A stretch of 64,000 bases of DNA from an uncultured Oscillibacter sp. Lineage in GTDB: Bacteria > Bacillota > Clostridia > Oscillospirales > Oscillospiraceae. The stretch is from positions 706 to 64,705 of the forward strand of contig CABSBM010000002.1 of NCBI GenBank assembly GCA_902475955.1. Reading direction: 5' to 3'. The notes beneath the pieces were generated by a model. It made no database searches, had not been told where the DNA came from, and saw only the letters and a list, made by a program, of their open reading frames with translations. Of the stretch, positions 20,430-30,728 are shown piece by piece. The translations under genes were made by a program, and so were the position numbers. Numbering within the stretch: position 1 is the first letter of the stretch; each line of letters opens with the position of its first letter.

Positions 20430-21242
20430 TCAGTCCTGCGGCAGCTGGGGCGGCTGGGGGATGGGGTTGGTCTCCAGGGCGGTGTCGAAGTAGGAGGCCT
20501 GGGCGGCGGTGTAGGCCGGGAGGAAGAGCAGGGCCACCGCCAGGTGGAAGAGGTCGAAGACCGCCGTCTGGACCAGGGGAGAGAGGGGGATGGGCGGCAG
20601 GTCCAGGCTCCAGTTCAGGCCATAGGCCTGGGCGTAGGCCGGCAGCACGTAGACCAGGTCCTGATAGAGAGCCGGCAGCCGGGAGAGGAGGATCCAGGGC
20701 AGGAAGTGGAGGTCCAGGGCGAAGAGCTGCCGCTTGTAGCCGAAGGCGTGGATCCGGGAGCGGCGCAGGGCCTCGATGGCCCCGATCTCCGGGTCCTGGC
20801 AGAGCTCAAAGAGGGCGAAGCGGTAGACGTAGAAGAAGTAGACGCCGGGGAGGAAGAAGAGCGTCAGCCCCGCCCCCACGATGGCAAGCTGCAGCAGGAG
20901 CGCCCCCACGCAGCGCCCGGCGAAGGCGAAGCCGTCCCCTAAGATGGCGTACTCTGCCCGCTGGCCCCGCCAGATGGCCAGGCTGTAAAGCAGCGTCCCC
21001 ACGAGGAGGAGCTGTACCAGAAGGTTCGAGAGCACCACGGCGAAGAGGGAGGGCAGGTCCTCCAGAAGGGGCGTGTCCCCGCCCATGAGCTGCACGCCCA
21101 CGGCAACCAGGTCAATGACGGTGACGAGCCCCAGGTACAGGGCGAAGAAGCGCCGGGGCGGCACCTGGGCGGAGCTGAGACAGTCCCGGACCTCCCGCAG
21201 CCGCTGCCGCCGGGGGATGAGGGTGGGGTGAAATTCAGGCAT
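20430..21242 (-). CDS. DUF975-like integral membrane protein
   Basis: LFFLPGVYFFYVYRFALF.L...PEIGAIEALRRSR...GYKRQLF.LDL.F.PW pattern; AAGGAGG RBS. Confidence 0.75.
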   Translation of the reverse strand: MPEFHPTLIPRRQRLREVRDCLSSAQVPPRRFFALYLGLVTVIDLVAVGVQLMGGDTPLLEDLPSLFAVVLSNLLVQLLLVGTLLYSLAIWRGQRAEYAILGDGFAFAGRCVGALLLQLAIVGAGLTLFFLPGVYFFYVYRFALFELCQDPEIGAIEALRRSRIHAFGYKRQLFALDLHFLPWILLSRLPALYQDLVYVLPAYAQAYGLNWSLDLPPIPLSPLVQTAVFDLFHLAVALLFLPAYTAAQASYFDTALETNPIPQPPQLPQD

Positions 21243-21540
21243 GGGGGCCTCCTTCCGCCGCCGGATGGACGGCCGGGTTATTCTGTGATGTCTCAGTGTA
21301 GCATATCTCAAAAGAGGACGCAAGAGGGGAGGGGGGACGCCCGCCGGGGACCGCCCAAGGCCGTTTCTGGGGAAACTGTGAAACTTTCCCTGAGGAACCC
21401 CGTTCAAATTCCGCCAAAAAGACGGAATTTGTGCAAAAAACCGGAGAGTTTCGCTGGACTTTTCCGGGCCCATGGTGTAAAATAAGGCGCAGTATGCGAT
21501 AGCGTCAGCTATCAATGGAGAAAAAATTGAGGTGAAGACA

Positions 21541-22905
21541 ATGGCACAAGCATTCTTTGGCGGCGTTCATCCCAATGACATGAAAGCCGCGACCAATGAG
21601 AAGGCCATCGAGCAGCTGGCGCCCCCGGCTGAGGTGGTCATCCCCATGTCGATGCACTTTGGCGCGCCCTGCACCCCGCTGGTGAAAGCCGGCGACCTGG
21701 TGAAGGTCGGCCAGAAGATCGGCGAGACCCGCGGGCTGGGAGCCCCCATCCATGCCAGCGTTTCCGGCAAGGTGAAGGCCGTGGAGCCCCGTCCCTACAA
21801 CATGGGCGGCAACATGATGGCCGTCGTCATCGAGAACGACTTCCAGGATACCCTCAGCGAGGAAGTCCAGGCCCCCGCAAACCCTGACGCCCTCAGCGTC
21901 GAGGAGATGGTGGAGATCGTCAAGAACGCCGGCATCGTCGGCATGGGCGGCGCCACCTTCCCCACCCACGTGAAGATCTCCGGCGGCATCGGCAAGGTGG
22001 ATACCGTCATTATCAACGGCGCCGAGTGCGAGCCCTACATCACCGGCGACCACCGCACCATGCTGGAGCGGCCCGAGCAGATCATCGGCGGCGCCACCTA
22101 CCTCGCCAAGATGTTCGGCGTGGACAAGGTCGTCATCGGCGTGGAGGACAACAAGCAGAACGGTATTGACTCCCTGAACGCCTGCATTAAGGAGAAGAAC
22201 GCCCCCGTGGTGGTGGAGCCCCTCCACTGCCGCTACCCCCAGGGCGGTGAGAAGCAGCTCTGCCAGGCCATCACCGGCAAGCAGGTGCCCCCCGGCGGCC
22301 TGCCCAGCAACATCGGCTGCGCCGTCTTCAACATTAACACCACCTGCGCCATCTTCCGGGCCATCACCACCGGTATGCCCGTGGTGAAGAAGATCGTCAC
22401 CGTCTCCGGCAGCGGCGTGGTGGAGCCCAAGAACATCGAATGTCCCATCGGCACCCCCGTCGCCCGCCTCTTCGACGCCTGCGGCGGCCTGAAGGACGGC
22501 ACCTATAAGCTCATCATGGGCGGCCCGATGATGGGCATGGCCCAGTACACCGCGGACGTTCCCGTGGGCAAGGGCACCGGCGCCATGCTGGCCTTCTGCG
22601 AGGACGAGGAGAAGACCGTCGAGAACCCCCAGTGCATCCGCTGCGGCCGCTGCGTGGAGGCCTGCCCCATGCACCTGGAGCCCCTGATGCTCTATCAGTA
22701 CGCCGAGAAGGGTATGCTGGATGAGCTCAACGACGCCCACATCATGGACTGCATGGAGTGCGGCGCCTGCGCTTACGCCTGCCCCGCCCGTATGCACCTG
22801 ACCCACATGTTCAAGACCGGCAAGCAGCTCGTCAAGAACAAGATGGCTGCCGATCGGGCCGCCGCTGAGGCCAAGAAGGCTGCGGAAGCGAAGAAGGAGG
22901 CATAA
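21541..22905 (+). CDS. rnfC: Rnf electron transport complex subunit C
   Basis: GIVGMGGATFPTHVK, NGAECEPY, YPQGGEKQL, two 4Fe-4S motifs; alternative GTG start at 21532. Confidence 0.95.
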   Translation: MAQAFFGGVHPNDMKAATNEKAIEQLAPPAEVVIPMSMHFGAPCTPLVKAGDLVKVGQKIGETRGLGAPIHASVSGKVKAVEPRPYNMGGNMMAVVIENDFQDTLSEEVQAPANPDALSVEEMVEIVKNAGIVGMGGATFPTHVKISGGIGKVDTVIINGAECEPYITGDHRTMLERPEQIIGGATYLAKMFGVDKVVIGVEDNKQNGIDSLNACIKEKNAPVVVEPLHCRYPQGGEKQLCQAITGKQVPPGGLPSNIGCAVFNINTTCAIFRAITTGMPVVKKIVTVSGSGVVEPKNIECPIGTPVARLFDACGGLKDGTYKLIMGGPMMGMAQYTADVPVGKGTGAMLAFCEDEEKTVENPQCIRCGRCVEACPMHLEPLMLYQYAEKGMLDELNDAHIMDCMECGACAYACPARMHLTHMFKTGKQLVKNKMAADRAAAEAKKAAEAKKEA

Positions 22906-22908
22906 GAG

Positions 22909-23925
22909 ATGACCGATTACAAGAATTTGAAGCTCATTGCCACTTCCAACCCTCACATCCGCGGCAGTGAGACCACCCGGTCCATCATGCTGGACGTCAT
23001 CATTGCCATGTGTCCCGCTCTGATCTGGGCCATCATTTACTTCGGTGTGGAGGCTCTGCTCCTCACCGCCGTGTCCGTCATTGGCTGCGTTGTCTTTGAG
23101 GGACTGTACCGCAAGCTCATGCACAAGCCCCAGTCCATCGATGACCTCTCTGCTGTGGTCACCGGTATGCTGCTGGCTTTCGTCTGCCCCGCCACCACCC
23201 CGCTGTGGATGATCCTCATCGGTGACTTCTTTGCCATCATTGTGGTCAAGCAGCTCTTTGGCGGCATCGGCAAGAACTTCCTGAACCCTGCTCTGGCAGG
23301 CCGTGCCGCTCTGCTGGCCAGCTATGCCGGCGCCATGACCACCTGGCTGCCTGCCGGCACCAAGGCCGCCATCGGTGGTGGTATGCCTGTGGACGTGGTT
23401 TCCGCCGCGACCCCGCTGGCCTATCTGAAGACCGGCGATCTGGAGGGCCTGAAGCAGATCGCCTCCGTGGGTGATATGTTCCTGGGCAAGGTGGGCGGCT
23501 CCATGGGTGAGGTTTCTGCCCTGATGCTGCTCATCGGCGGCCTGTACCTGATCTGGCGCAAGGTCATCAACTGGCAGACTCCCGTGGCCTACATCGCCAC
23601 CGTGGCTGTTCTGACCGTGCTGTTCCCCAAGGCCGGCGGCGCTGAGTATATGCTTTACAGCATCTTCGGCGGTGGCCTGTTCCTGGGCGCTTTCTTCATG
23701 GCTACCGACTATGCCACCTCCCCCGTCACCAAGAAGGGCCAGCTGATCTACGGCATCGGCTGCGGCCTGTTCACCGTGTTCATCCGGTACTTCGGTTCTT
23801 ACAATGAGGGCGTTTGCTACTCCATCATGGTCATGAACTGCTGCACCGCGTTGATCGACAAGTACACCAAGCCCGTTCGTTTCGGCGTGGTGAAATCCGA
23901 CAAGAAGGAGGCAGCCGCGAAATGA
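22909..23925 (+). CDS. rnfD: Rnf complex subunit D
   Basis: KQLFGGIGKNFLNPALAGR, SAATPL FMN site, FFMATDY. Confidence 0.95.
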   Translation: MTDYKNLKLIATSNPHIRGSETTRSIMLDVIIAMCPALIWAIIYFGVEALLLTAVSVIGCVVFEGLYRKLMHKPQSIDDLSAVVTGMLLAFVCPATTPLWMILIGDFFAIIVVKQLFGGIGKNFLNPALAGRAALLASYAGAMTTWLPAGTKAAIGGGMPVDVVSAATPLAYLKTGDLEGLKQIASVGDMFLGKVGGSMGEVSALMLLIGGLYLIWRKVINWQTPVAYIATVAVLTVLFPKAGGAEYMLYSIFGGGLFLGAFFMATDYATSPVTKKGQLIYGIGCGLFTVFIRYFGSYNEGVCYSIMVMNCCTALIDKYTKPVRFGVVKSDKKEAAAK

Positions 23926-24545
23926 GCAATGAAGTGAAGACCAAGGAAAAGGTCAATATGGACCCCAAGTACATCATCAAGCTGACTGTGACCCTGCTGC
24001 TTACCTGCATGGTCGTGGCTGGCCTGCTGGGCTGGGTCAACAGCATCACCAAGGATAAGATCGCCGCGATCACCTGGGAAAAGACCGTGGCCGCTATGCA
24101 GAAGGTCATTGAGGCCGACGATTTCTCCGACGCCATGGAGCTGACCGACGATATGACTGCCGCTGCCACCGCTCAGGGCGGCACTCTGGCTGCTGTCTAT
24201 CAGGCTCAGTCCGGCGGTCAGCCTGTGGGCTACGCCATCAACGTGGAGGCTTCCGGCTCTCAGGGCACCATCTCCATGATGGTGGGCATTGACATGGACG
24301 GTGCTGTCACCGGTGTTTCCATCGTCACCAACTCTGAGACCTCCGGTATCGGCTCCAAGGTCATGAGCAACGAGCCTCTGACCAACGGCACCCGCGTTCT
24401 GGATCAGTTTATCGGCAAGTCCGCCGCTGACGGTGTTCTGTCCGTTGGCTCCAACGTGGACGCCATCACCGGCGCTACCGTGTCCACCAAGGGTGTGACC
24501 ACCGGCGTCAATGCCGCTTTGGCTGCTGCCGGCGTCATCGGTTAA
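23922..24545 (+). CDS. rnfG: Rnf complex subunit G
   Basis: N-terminal TM; ETSGIGS; DAITGATVS FMN-binding motif. Confidence 0.9.
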   Translation: MSNEVKTKEKVNMDPKYIIKLTVTLLLTCMVVAGLLGWVNSITKDKIAAITWEKTVAAMQKVIEADDFSDAMELTDDMTAAATAQGGTLAAVYQAQSGGQPVGYAINVEASGSQGTISMMVGIDMDGAVTGVSIVTNSETSGIGSKVMSNEPLTNGTRVLDQFIGKSAADGVLSVGSNVDAITGATVSTKGVTTGVNAALAAAGVIG

Positions 24546-24564
24546 GAGAGGAGGACACTGAAGT

Positions 24565-25218
24565 ATGAATCTTGGTAAACAATTCAAGGACGGTATGCTG
24601 ACGCAGAACCCCGTTCTGGTTCAGGTGCTGGGCATGTGCTCTACCATGGCCATCACCACCTCTTTCTTCAACGGCATCGGCATGGGTGTGGCGGTTACCA
24701 TCATCCTGACCCTGTCCAATATCATTATCTCCGCTATGCGGAAGATCATCCCTGATAAGATCCGTATCGCCATGTTCATCGTGGTGATCGCCGGCTTCGT
24801 GACCTGCGTGGACCTGTCTATTCAGGCATTCCTGCCGGATCTGGCCAACTCTCTGGGCGTGTTCATCCCCCTGATCGTGGTGAACTGCATCATCCTGGGC
24901 CGTGCGGAGGCTTTCTCCTACAAGAACGGCATGGTTGCCTCTTTCTTTGACGGCATCTTCCAGGGCATCGGCTACACCTGGGTTCTGCTGGCCATGTGCA
25001 TCATCCGTGAGTTCCTGGGCGGCGGCACCTTCGGCGGCGGCGTCCTGGGCGCTGTGAACGAGGCCGGTCAGCATGTGGGCATCCAGATCTTCCCCGCTGA
25101 TTACGGTATCGGTATGCTGACCCTGCCTGTGGGCGGCTTCCTGGTGCTGGCTGCTCTGATCGCTGCCATGCAGTGGGCTCTGGCTCGTCCCAAGAAGGAT
25201 AAGGAGGAGAGCAAATAA
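24565..25218 (+). CDS. rnfE: Rnf complex subunit E
   Basis: NPVLVQVLGMC, FIPLIVVNCIILGRAE. Confidence 0.95.
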   Translation: MNLGKQFKDGMLTQNPVLVQVLGMCSTMAITTSFFNGIGMGVAVTIILTLSNIIISAMRKIIPDKIRIAMFIVVIAGFVTCVDLSIQAFLPDLANSLGVFIPLIVVNCIILGRAEAFSYKNGMVASFFDGIFQGIGYTWVLLAMCIIREFLGGGTFGGGVLGAVNEAGQHVGIQIFPADYGIGMLTLPVGGFLVLAALIAAMQWALARPKKDKEESK

Positions 25219-25808
25219 TGGAAATCTTTAAGCTGCTTTCGATCACGCTGGGCGCAATCCTGGCAAACAACTTCATCTTCTCCCAGTTCCTGGGCTGCTG
25301 CCCCTTCCTGGGCGTTTCCAAGAAGCTGGACACCGCCATGGGCATGGGCCTGGCCGTCACCTTCGTCATGGGTCTGGCCTCCGCCGTGTGCTATGCGGTG
25401 AACGAGTTCATCCTGGTGAAGTTCGACCTTCAGTACATGCAGACCGTGGCCTTCATCCTGGTCATCGCGGCTCTCGTGCAGTTCATCGAGATGTTCCTGC
25501 AGAAGTCCATGCCTGCCCTGTATACCGCTCTCGGCATCTACCTGCCCCTCATCACCACCAACTGCGCGGTGCTGGGCGTGGTGCTGCTGAACGTGCAGAA
25601 CAAGTACAACTTCATCGAGTCCCTGGTGTACGGCGTCACCGGCGGCCTGGGTTTCCTGCTGGCCATCGTGCTCTTCGCCGGCGTGCGGGAGCGCAACGTC
25701 TTCGCGGACTGCCCCAAGTGCTTTGAGGGCTTCCCCATCGCCCTGGTCACCGCCGGCCTCATGGCCCTGAGCTTCATGGGCTTCTCCGGCCTGTCTGTCT
25801 TCGGCTAA
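25218..25808 (+). CDS. rnfA: Rnf complex subunit A
   Basis: QFLGCCPFLGVS, LPLITTNCAVLG. Confidence 0.95.
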   Translation: MEIFKLLSITLGAILANNFIFSQFLGCCPFLGVSKKLDTAMGMGLAVTFVMGLASAVCYAVNEFILVKFDLQYMQTVAFILVIAALVQFIEMFLQKSMPALYTALGIYLPLITTNCAVLGVVLLNVQNKYNFIESLVYGVTGGLGFLLAIVLFAGVRERNVFADCPKCFEGFPIALVTAGLMALSFMGFSGLSVFG

Positions 25809-25821
25809 GGAGGAAAGAGAA

Positions 25822-26733
25822 ATGGATGTTATGAATATCGTCAGCGCCGTGGTCGTTCTCGCGGTCATGGGCGCCGTCTTCGGCCTGATCCTGGCCGTCG
25901 CCTCCAAGGTCTTCGAGGTGAAGAAGGACCCCCGTGAGGAAGAGATCCTGGGCCACCTGGCCGGCGCCAACTGCGGCGGCTGCGGCTTCGCCGGCTGCGG
26001 CGCCTGCGCCGCCGCCATCGTGGAGGGCAAGGCCCCTGTCACCGCCTGCGCCCCCGCCGGCGCCGAGAACGCCGCCGCCATCGCCGCCATCATGGGCATG
26101 GAGGCTCCCTCCGGGGAGCGCAAGGTGGCCTTCGTCCGCTGTAACGGCGGCGTCCACGCCAATAAGCGTTATGAGTACCGGGGCGTCCATGACTGCATCG
26201 GCGCCACCAAGGTGGCCGCCGGTCCCCTGGACTGCGGCTTCGGCTGCTTCGGCCTGGGCTCCTGCGTCAGCGCCTGCCAGTTCGGCGCCATGACCATCGG
26301 CCCCAACGGCTCCGCCGTGGTGGACCCCGACAAGTGCACCGACTGCGGCGCCTGCATGAAGGCCTGCCCCCGCAAGCTCATCGTGGAGGTCCCCGCCAGC
26401 GCCAAGGTCCACGTGGCCTGCGCCAACCTGGACAAGGGCAAGGCTGCCATGTCCGTCTGCTCCAGCTCCTGCATCGGCTGCGGCCTCTGCCAGAAGGAGT
26501 GCCGCAAGGACGCCATCCATGTGGAGAACGGCGTGGCCGTCATCGATTACGCCAAGTGCGTGGGCTGCAAGCTCTGTACCAAGGTCTGCCCGAGAGACGC
26601 CATCCTGCCCATCGCCACCGCCGAGGAGAAGGAGAAGTACAAGGCCATCAAGAAGGCTCAGGCCGAGAAGGCCGCTGCCGCCGCCAAGGCCGCCGCTGAG
26701 AAGGCCGCCGAGGCTCCCAAGGCCGAGGGCTGA
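25822..26733 (+). CDS. rnfB: Rnf complex subunit B
   Basis: GANCGGCGFAGC, multiple ferredoxin CxxCxxCxxxC motifs. Confidence 0.95.
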   Translation: MDVMNIVSAVVVLAVMGAVFGLILAVASKVFEVKKDPREEEILGHLAGANCGGCGFAGCGACAAAIVEGKAPVTACAPAGAENAAAIAAIMGMEAPSGERKVAFVRCNGGVHANKRYEYRGVHDCIGATKVAAGPLDCGFGCFGLGSCVSACQFGAMTIGPNGSAVVDPDKCTDCGACMKACPRKLIVEVPASAKVHVACANLDKGKAAMSVCSSSCIGCGLCQKECRKDAIHVENGVAVIDYAKCVGCKLCTKVCPRDAILPIATAEEKEKYKAIKKAQAEKAAAAAKAAAEKAAEAPKAEG

Positions 26734-26756
26734 TCCCCCTCCCGAGAAAGACCCCC

Positions 26757-26792
26757 AAGACCCCCGCGGGCTCCCGCCCGCGGGGGTCTTTT
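26757..26792 (+). terminator. rnf operon terminator
   Basis: AAGACCCCCGCGGGC-tccc-GCCCGCGGGGGTCTTTT. Confidence 0.85.
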
Positions 26793-26868
26793 CACGCCCA
26801 TTCCCAGGCGGGATATCACTCTTTTCAGTCTCTTCATTTTGAATTTACAAATTGTTTAATTCCGGGCG

Positions 26869-26928
26869 TTGACAGGGGCGGGGGAGAGTGGTACACTCCA
26901 TTTAGCACTCGAGGAAAAGGAGTGCTAA
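26869..26928 (+). promoter_or_regulatory. sigma-A promoter and CIRCE operator of the hrcA-dnaK operon
   Basis: TTGACA(26869)-17-TACACT(26892); TTAGCACTC-N9-GAGTGCTAA at 26902-26928. Confidence 0.95.
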
Positions 26929-26948
26929 ACCAAATCGAGGTGTCCATC

Positions 26949-27986
26949 ATGGAGCTCAGTGAGCGGAAAAAGCAGATACTGAAGGCCGTGGTGGAGGATT
27001 ACGTGGCCACGGCGGAGCCGGTGGGCTCCAAGGCCATCGCCGCCGAGATGGGCGTGAGCTCCGCCACCGTCCGCAACGAGCTGGCGGACCTGGTGGAGCT
27101 GGGTTACCTGGAGCAGCCCCACACCTCCGCCGGGCGGGTGCCCTCCCCCAAGGGCTACCGGCTCTACGTCAACGAGCTGATGGAAAAGCAGCGCCTCTCC
27201 CTGGCCGAGACCGAGAAGATCAACGACGCCCTCCACCTGAAAATGGAGGAGCTGGACCGGCTTTTAAGCCAGGCGGGCCAGGCCGTGAGCCGCTACGTGA
27301 ACTATCCCGCCTACGTGGCCGCCGCCGGAAAGAACGCCCTCAGCGTCCAGCGCTTTGAGCTCCTGCGGATGGAGCCCCAGAGCCTCATCGCGGTCCTGAT
27401 GCTCAGCGACCAGCGGGTCCGCTCCCAGCTCCTGCGCCTGCAGCTCCCGGTGGAGGCCGAGCAGCTTCCCCCCGTGACGAAGCTCCTGAACGAGAGCTTC
27501 ACCGGTATCTCCGGCAAGGAGATGAACCTCCGGCTCATGTCCCTCTCCAGCGCCGTGCCCCCGGCCCTCTTCCTCCTCCTCAACCAGATCGTCTCCTACG
27601 GAGCTGAGCAGCTGGAGGAGCTGGGCCAGAAGACCTTCGTCACCGCCGGCACGAGAGAGCTTTTGAAGCTCCCGGAGTTCCGGGACGCCGACAAGGCCCA
27701 CGAGCTCATGAGCTTCCTCTCGGACAGCACCGAGAAGCTCCCGGTGCCGGATGACGGCAGCCCCATGAAGATTTTGATCGGGCCGGAAAACGTCTCCGAC
27801 GCTCTCCACGACACCAGCGTGGTGGTGGCCAGCTATGACATCGGGGACAATATGCGGGGCCTCATCGGCGTGGTGGGCCCCACCAGAATGGATTACGCGG
27901 CCGTGGCGGCCCGGCTCTCCGGTTTCGCGGAGGGGCTGACGCGGATGTTTGGAAAAAACGGGTTACCCCCGAAGGAGGAACAGTAA
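26949..27986 (+). CDS. hrcA: Heat-inducible transcriptional repressor
   Basis: EPVGSK, SSATVRNE, QPHTSAGRVPS, GVVGPTRMDY; CIRCE upstream. Confidence 0.97.
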   Translation: MELSERKKQILKAVVEDYVATAEPVGSKAIAAEMGVSSATVRNELADLVELGYLEQPHTSAGRVPSPKGYRLYVNELMEKQRLSLAETEKINDALHLKMEELDRLLSQAGQAVSRYVNYPAYVAAAGKNALSVQRFELLRMEPQSLIAVLMLSDQRVRSQLLRLQLPVEAEQLPPVTKLLNESFTGISGKEMNLRLMSLSSAVPPALFLLLNQIVSYGAEQLEELGQKTFVTAGTRELLKLPEFRDADKAHELMSFLSDSTEKLPVPDDGSPMKILIGPENVSDALHDTSVVVASYDIGDNMRGLIGVVGPTRMDYAAVAARLSGFAEGLTRMFGKNGLPPKEEQ

Positions 27987-28583
27987 ATGAGCGAGGAGAG
28001 CAAGCGTCCCGAAGAGACCCCGGAGACCCAGGGTGGCGAGGCCCCCGAGACCGAGCCCAAGGCGGAAGCCGAGGCCCCCAAGGACGAGAAGAAGCCCAAA
28101 AAGAAGAAGGAAAAGACCTACACCCTCACCCGGGAGCAGATGGAGAAGGCGGAGCTGGCGGCCAAGCAACTGGCTTCCGTCACCGACCAGTTCACCCGGC
28201 TGACGGCGGAGTACGATAACTACCGCAAGCGCACCGCCAAGGAGAAGGAGACCATCTACCAGGACGCCAAGCTGGACACCGTCAAGGCCTTCCTGGCCGT
28301 CTACGACAACCTGGAGCGGGCCGTCGCCACCAACGCCGACCCCGATTCCCCCCACCGCAAGGGCCTGGAGCTGATTTTCAGCCAGTTCAAGGAGATCCTC
28401 AAAAAGCTGGGCGTGGAGGAGATGGAGGCCCTGGGCCAGCCCTTCGACCCCCAGCGCCACAACGCCGTCATGCACATTGAGAGCGAGGATCTCGGGGAGA
28501 ATGTAGTGAGCCAGGTCTTCCAGGCCGGCTTCACGCTGGACGGCAAGGTCGTAAGATTCGCCATCGTACAAGTCGCAAATTAA
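27987..28583 (+). CDS. grpE: Nucleotide exchange factor GrpE
   Basis: AEYDNYRKR, FDPQRHNAV, FQAGF...VVRFAIVQV. Confidence 0.95.
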   Translation: MSEESKRPEETPETQGGEAPETEPKAEAEAPKDEKKPKKKKEKTYTLTREQMEKAELAAKQLASVTDQFTRLTAEYDNYRKRTAKEKETIYQDAKLDTVKAFLAVYDNLERAVATNADPDSPHRKGLELIFSQFKEILKKLGVEEMEALGQPFDPQRHNAVMHIESEDLGENVVSQVFQAGFTLDGKVVRFAIVQVAN

Positions 28584-28616
28584 AGAGGGGACTTCGTCCC
28601 CCCTTTAGATTCCCCC

Positions 28617-28705
28617 CACCAGTGACGTCGGTCACTGGTGACGCCGCCCAAGGCGGCTGAGTCAAGGTATTTTCCCGACGTACACGCCGCCGGAAAAATG
28701 ATTTT
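28617..28705. repeat. REP-like palindromic intergenic element (grpE-dnaK)
   Basis: CACCAGTGAC-gtcg-GTCACTGGTG palindrome, GCCGCC-caa-GGCGGC, and AGGTATTTTCCCG...GCCGCCGGAAAAATGATTT related to 61082-61174. Confidence 0.55.
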
Positions 28706-28779
28706 GCCCCGCTCCGGCGGGACGGGGGAGCATAGAATCAGTCAATATGAAAAATTGAAATAAATCGGAGGTATTCATT

Positions 28780-30630
28780 ATGTCTAAGGTTATCGGTATC
28801 GATCTGGGTACTACCAACAGCTGCGTGGCCGTCATGGAGGGCGGCGAGGCCGTGGTCATCGCCAACGCGGAGGGCAACCGTACCACCCCGTCCGTGGTGG
28901 CATTCTCCAAGACCGGCGAGCGTATGGTGGGCCAGGTGGCAAAGCGCCAGGCCATCACCAACCCCGAGCGCACCATCTCCTCCATCAAGCGGGAGATGGG
29001 CAGCGACTATAAGGTCACCGTGGACGGCAAGGCCTACACCCCCCAGGAGATCAGCGCCATGATCCTGCAGAAGCTGAAGAGCGACGCCGAGGCCTACCTG
29101 GGCCAGCCCGTTTCCGAGGCTGTCATCACCGTTCCCGCCTACTTCACGGACTCCCAGCGCCAGGCCACCAAGGACGCCGGCAAGATCGCGGGCCTGGAGG
29201 TCAAGCGTATCATCAACGAGCCCACCGCCGCGGCCCTCGCCTACGGCGTCGATAAGGAGCAGAGCCAGAAGATCATGGTCTACGACCTGGGCGGCGGCAC
29301 CTTCGATGTCTCCATCCTGGAGATCGACGACGGCGTCATCGAGGTCCTGGCCACCGCCGGCAACAACCGCCTGGGCGGCGACGACTTCGACGAGTGCATC
29401 ATGAAGTATCTCGTCAGCGAGTTCAAGCGCGCCGAGGGCGTGGACCTCTCCGGCGACAAGGTCGCTATGCAGCGCCTGAAGGAAGCCGCCGAGAAGGCCA
29501 AGATCGAGCTCTCCGGCGTCACCTCCTCCAACATCAACCTGCCCTATATCACCGCCGATTCCACCGGCCCCAAGCACCTGGACATGACCCTCACCCGGGC
29601 CAAGTTCAACGAGCTTACCGCCCACTTGGTGGAGGCCACCGCCGGCCCCGTGCGCCAGGCCATGAGCGACGCCGGCCTCTCCGGCAGTGACATCGCCAAG
29701 GTCCTGATGGTGGGTGGCTCCAGCCGGATCCCCGCCGTCCAGGAGATGGTCAAGAAGCTCACCGGCAAGGAAGGCTTCAAGGGCATCAACCCCGATGAGT
29801 GCGTCGCCATGGGCGCTGCGCTTCAGGCGGGCGTTCTGACCGGCGATGTCAAGGGCCTGCTGCTGCTCGACGTCACCCCGCTGTCCCTCGGCATTGAGAC
29901 CATGGGCGGCGTTTGCACCAAGCTCATCGACCGCAACACCACCATCCCCGTGAAGAAGAGCCAGATCTTCTCCACCGCCGCCGATAACCAGACCTCCGTC
30001 GAAGTCAACGTCCTCCAGGGCGAGCGGGAAATGGCCGCCGCCAACAAGAGTCTCGGCCGCTTCCACCTGGACGGCATCGCTCCCGCCCGCCGGGGCGTCC
30101 CCCAGATCGAAGTCACCTTCGATATCGACGCCAACGGCATCGTGAACGTCAGCGCCAAGGATCTTGGCACCGGCAAGGAGCAGCACATCACCATCACCTC
30201 CTCCTCCAACATGAGCAAGGACGACATCGAGAAGGCCGTCAAGGAAGCCGAGCAGTATGCCGCCCAGGACGCCAAGCTCAAGGAGGAAGTCGAGGTCCGC
30301 AACCAGGCCGACCAGATGGTCTATCAGAGCGAGAAGACCCTGGGCGAGGTGGGCGACAAGATCAGCGCCGACGAGAAGGCCAAGGTCCAGGCCGGCATCG
30401 ACAAGCTGAAGGAGACCCTGAAGGGCACCGACACCGCCGCCATCAAGGCCGCCACCGAGGAGCTGACGAAGGAGTTCTACGCCGTCAGCGAGAAGCTCTA
30501 TCAGCAGGCCAATCCCCAGGGCGCTCAGGGCGGCGCCCAGCCCGGCCCCGACGCCTCCGCTCAGGGCGGCCAGCAGTACTACGACGCCGACTACAAGGTG
30601 GTCGATGACGACGACCAGAACAAGAAGTAA
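28780..30630 (+). CDS. dnaK: Chaperone DnaK
   Basis: [25 protein letters not shown]. Confidence 0.98.
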   Translation: MSKVIGIDLGTTNSCVAVMEGGEAVVIANAEGNRTTPSVVAFSKTGERMVGQVAKRQAITNPERTISSIKREMGSDYKVTVDGKAYTPQEISAMILQKLKSDAEAYLGQPVSEAVITVPAYFTDSQRQATKDAGKIAGLEVKRIINEPTAAALAYGVDKEQSQKIMVYDLGGGTFDVSILEIDDGVIEVLATAGNNRLGGDDFDECIMKYLVSEFKRAEGVDLSGDKVAMQRLKEAAEKAKIELSGVTSSNINLPYITADSTGPKHLDMTLTRAKFNELTAHLVEATAGPVRQAMSDAGLSGSDIAKVLMVGGSSRIPAVQEMVKKLTGKEGFKGINPDECVAMGAALQAGVLTGDVKGLLLLDVTPLSLGIETMGGVCTKLIDRNTTIPVKKSQIFSTAADNQTSVEVNVLQGEREMAAANKSLGRFHLDGIAPARRGVPQIEVTFDIDANGIVNVSAKDLGTGKEQHITITSSSNMSKDDIEKAVKEAEQYAAQDAKLKEEVEVRNQADQMVYQSEKTLGEVGDKISADEKAKVQAGIDKLKETLKGTDTAAIKAATEELTKEFYAVSEKLYQQANPQGAQGGAQPGPDASAQGGQQYYDADYKVVDDDDQNKK

Positions 30631-30728
30631 AGCGATGCACTGACACGGAGCGGGACGGGGAGTTTTCCCCGCCCCCTTCCGGCGCTTATGCCCCCTTTGG
30701 GGCGGCGCGGACGGACAGGAGTTAAGAT

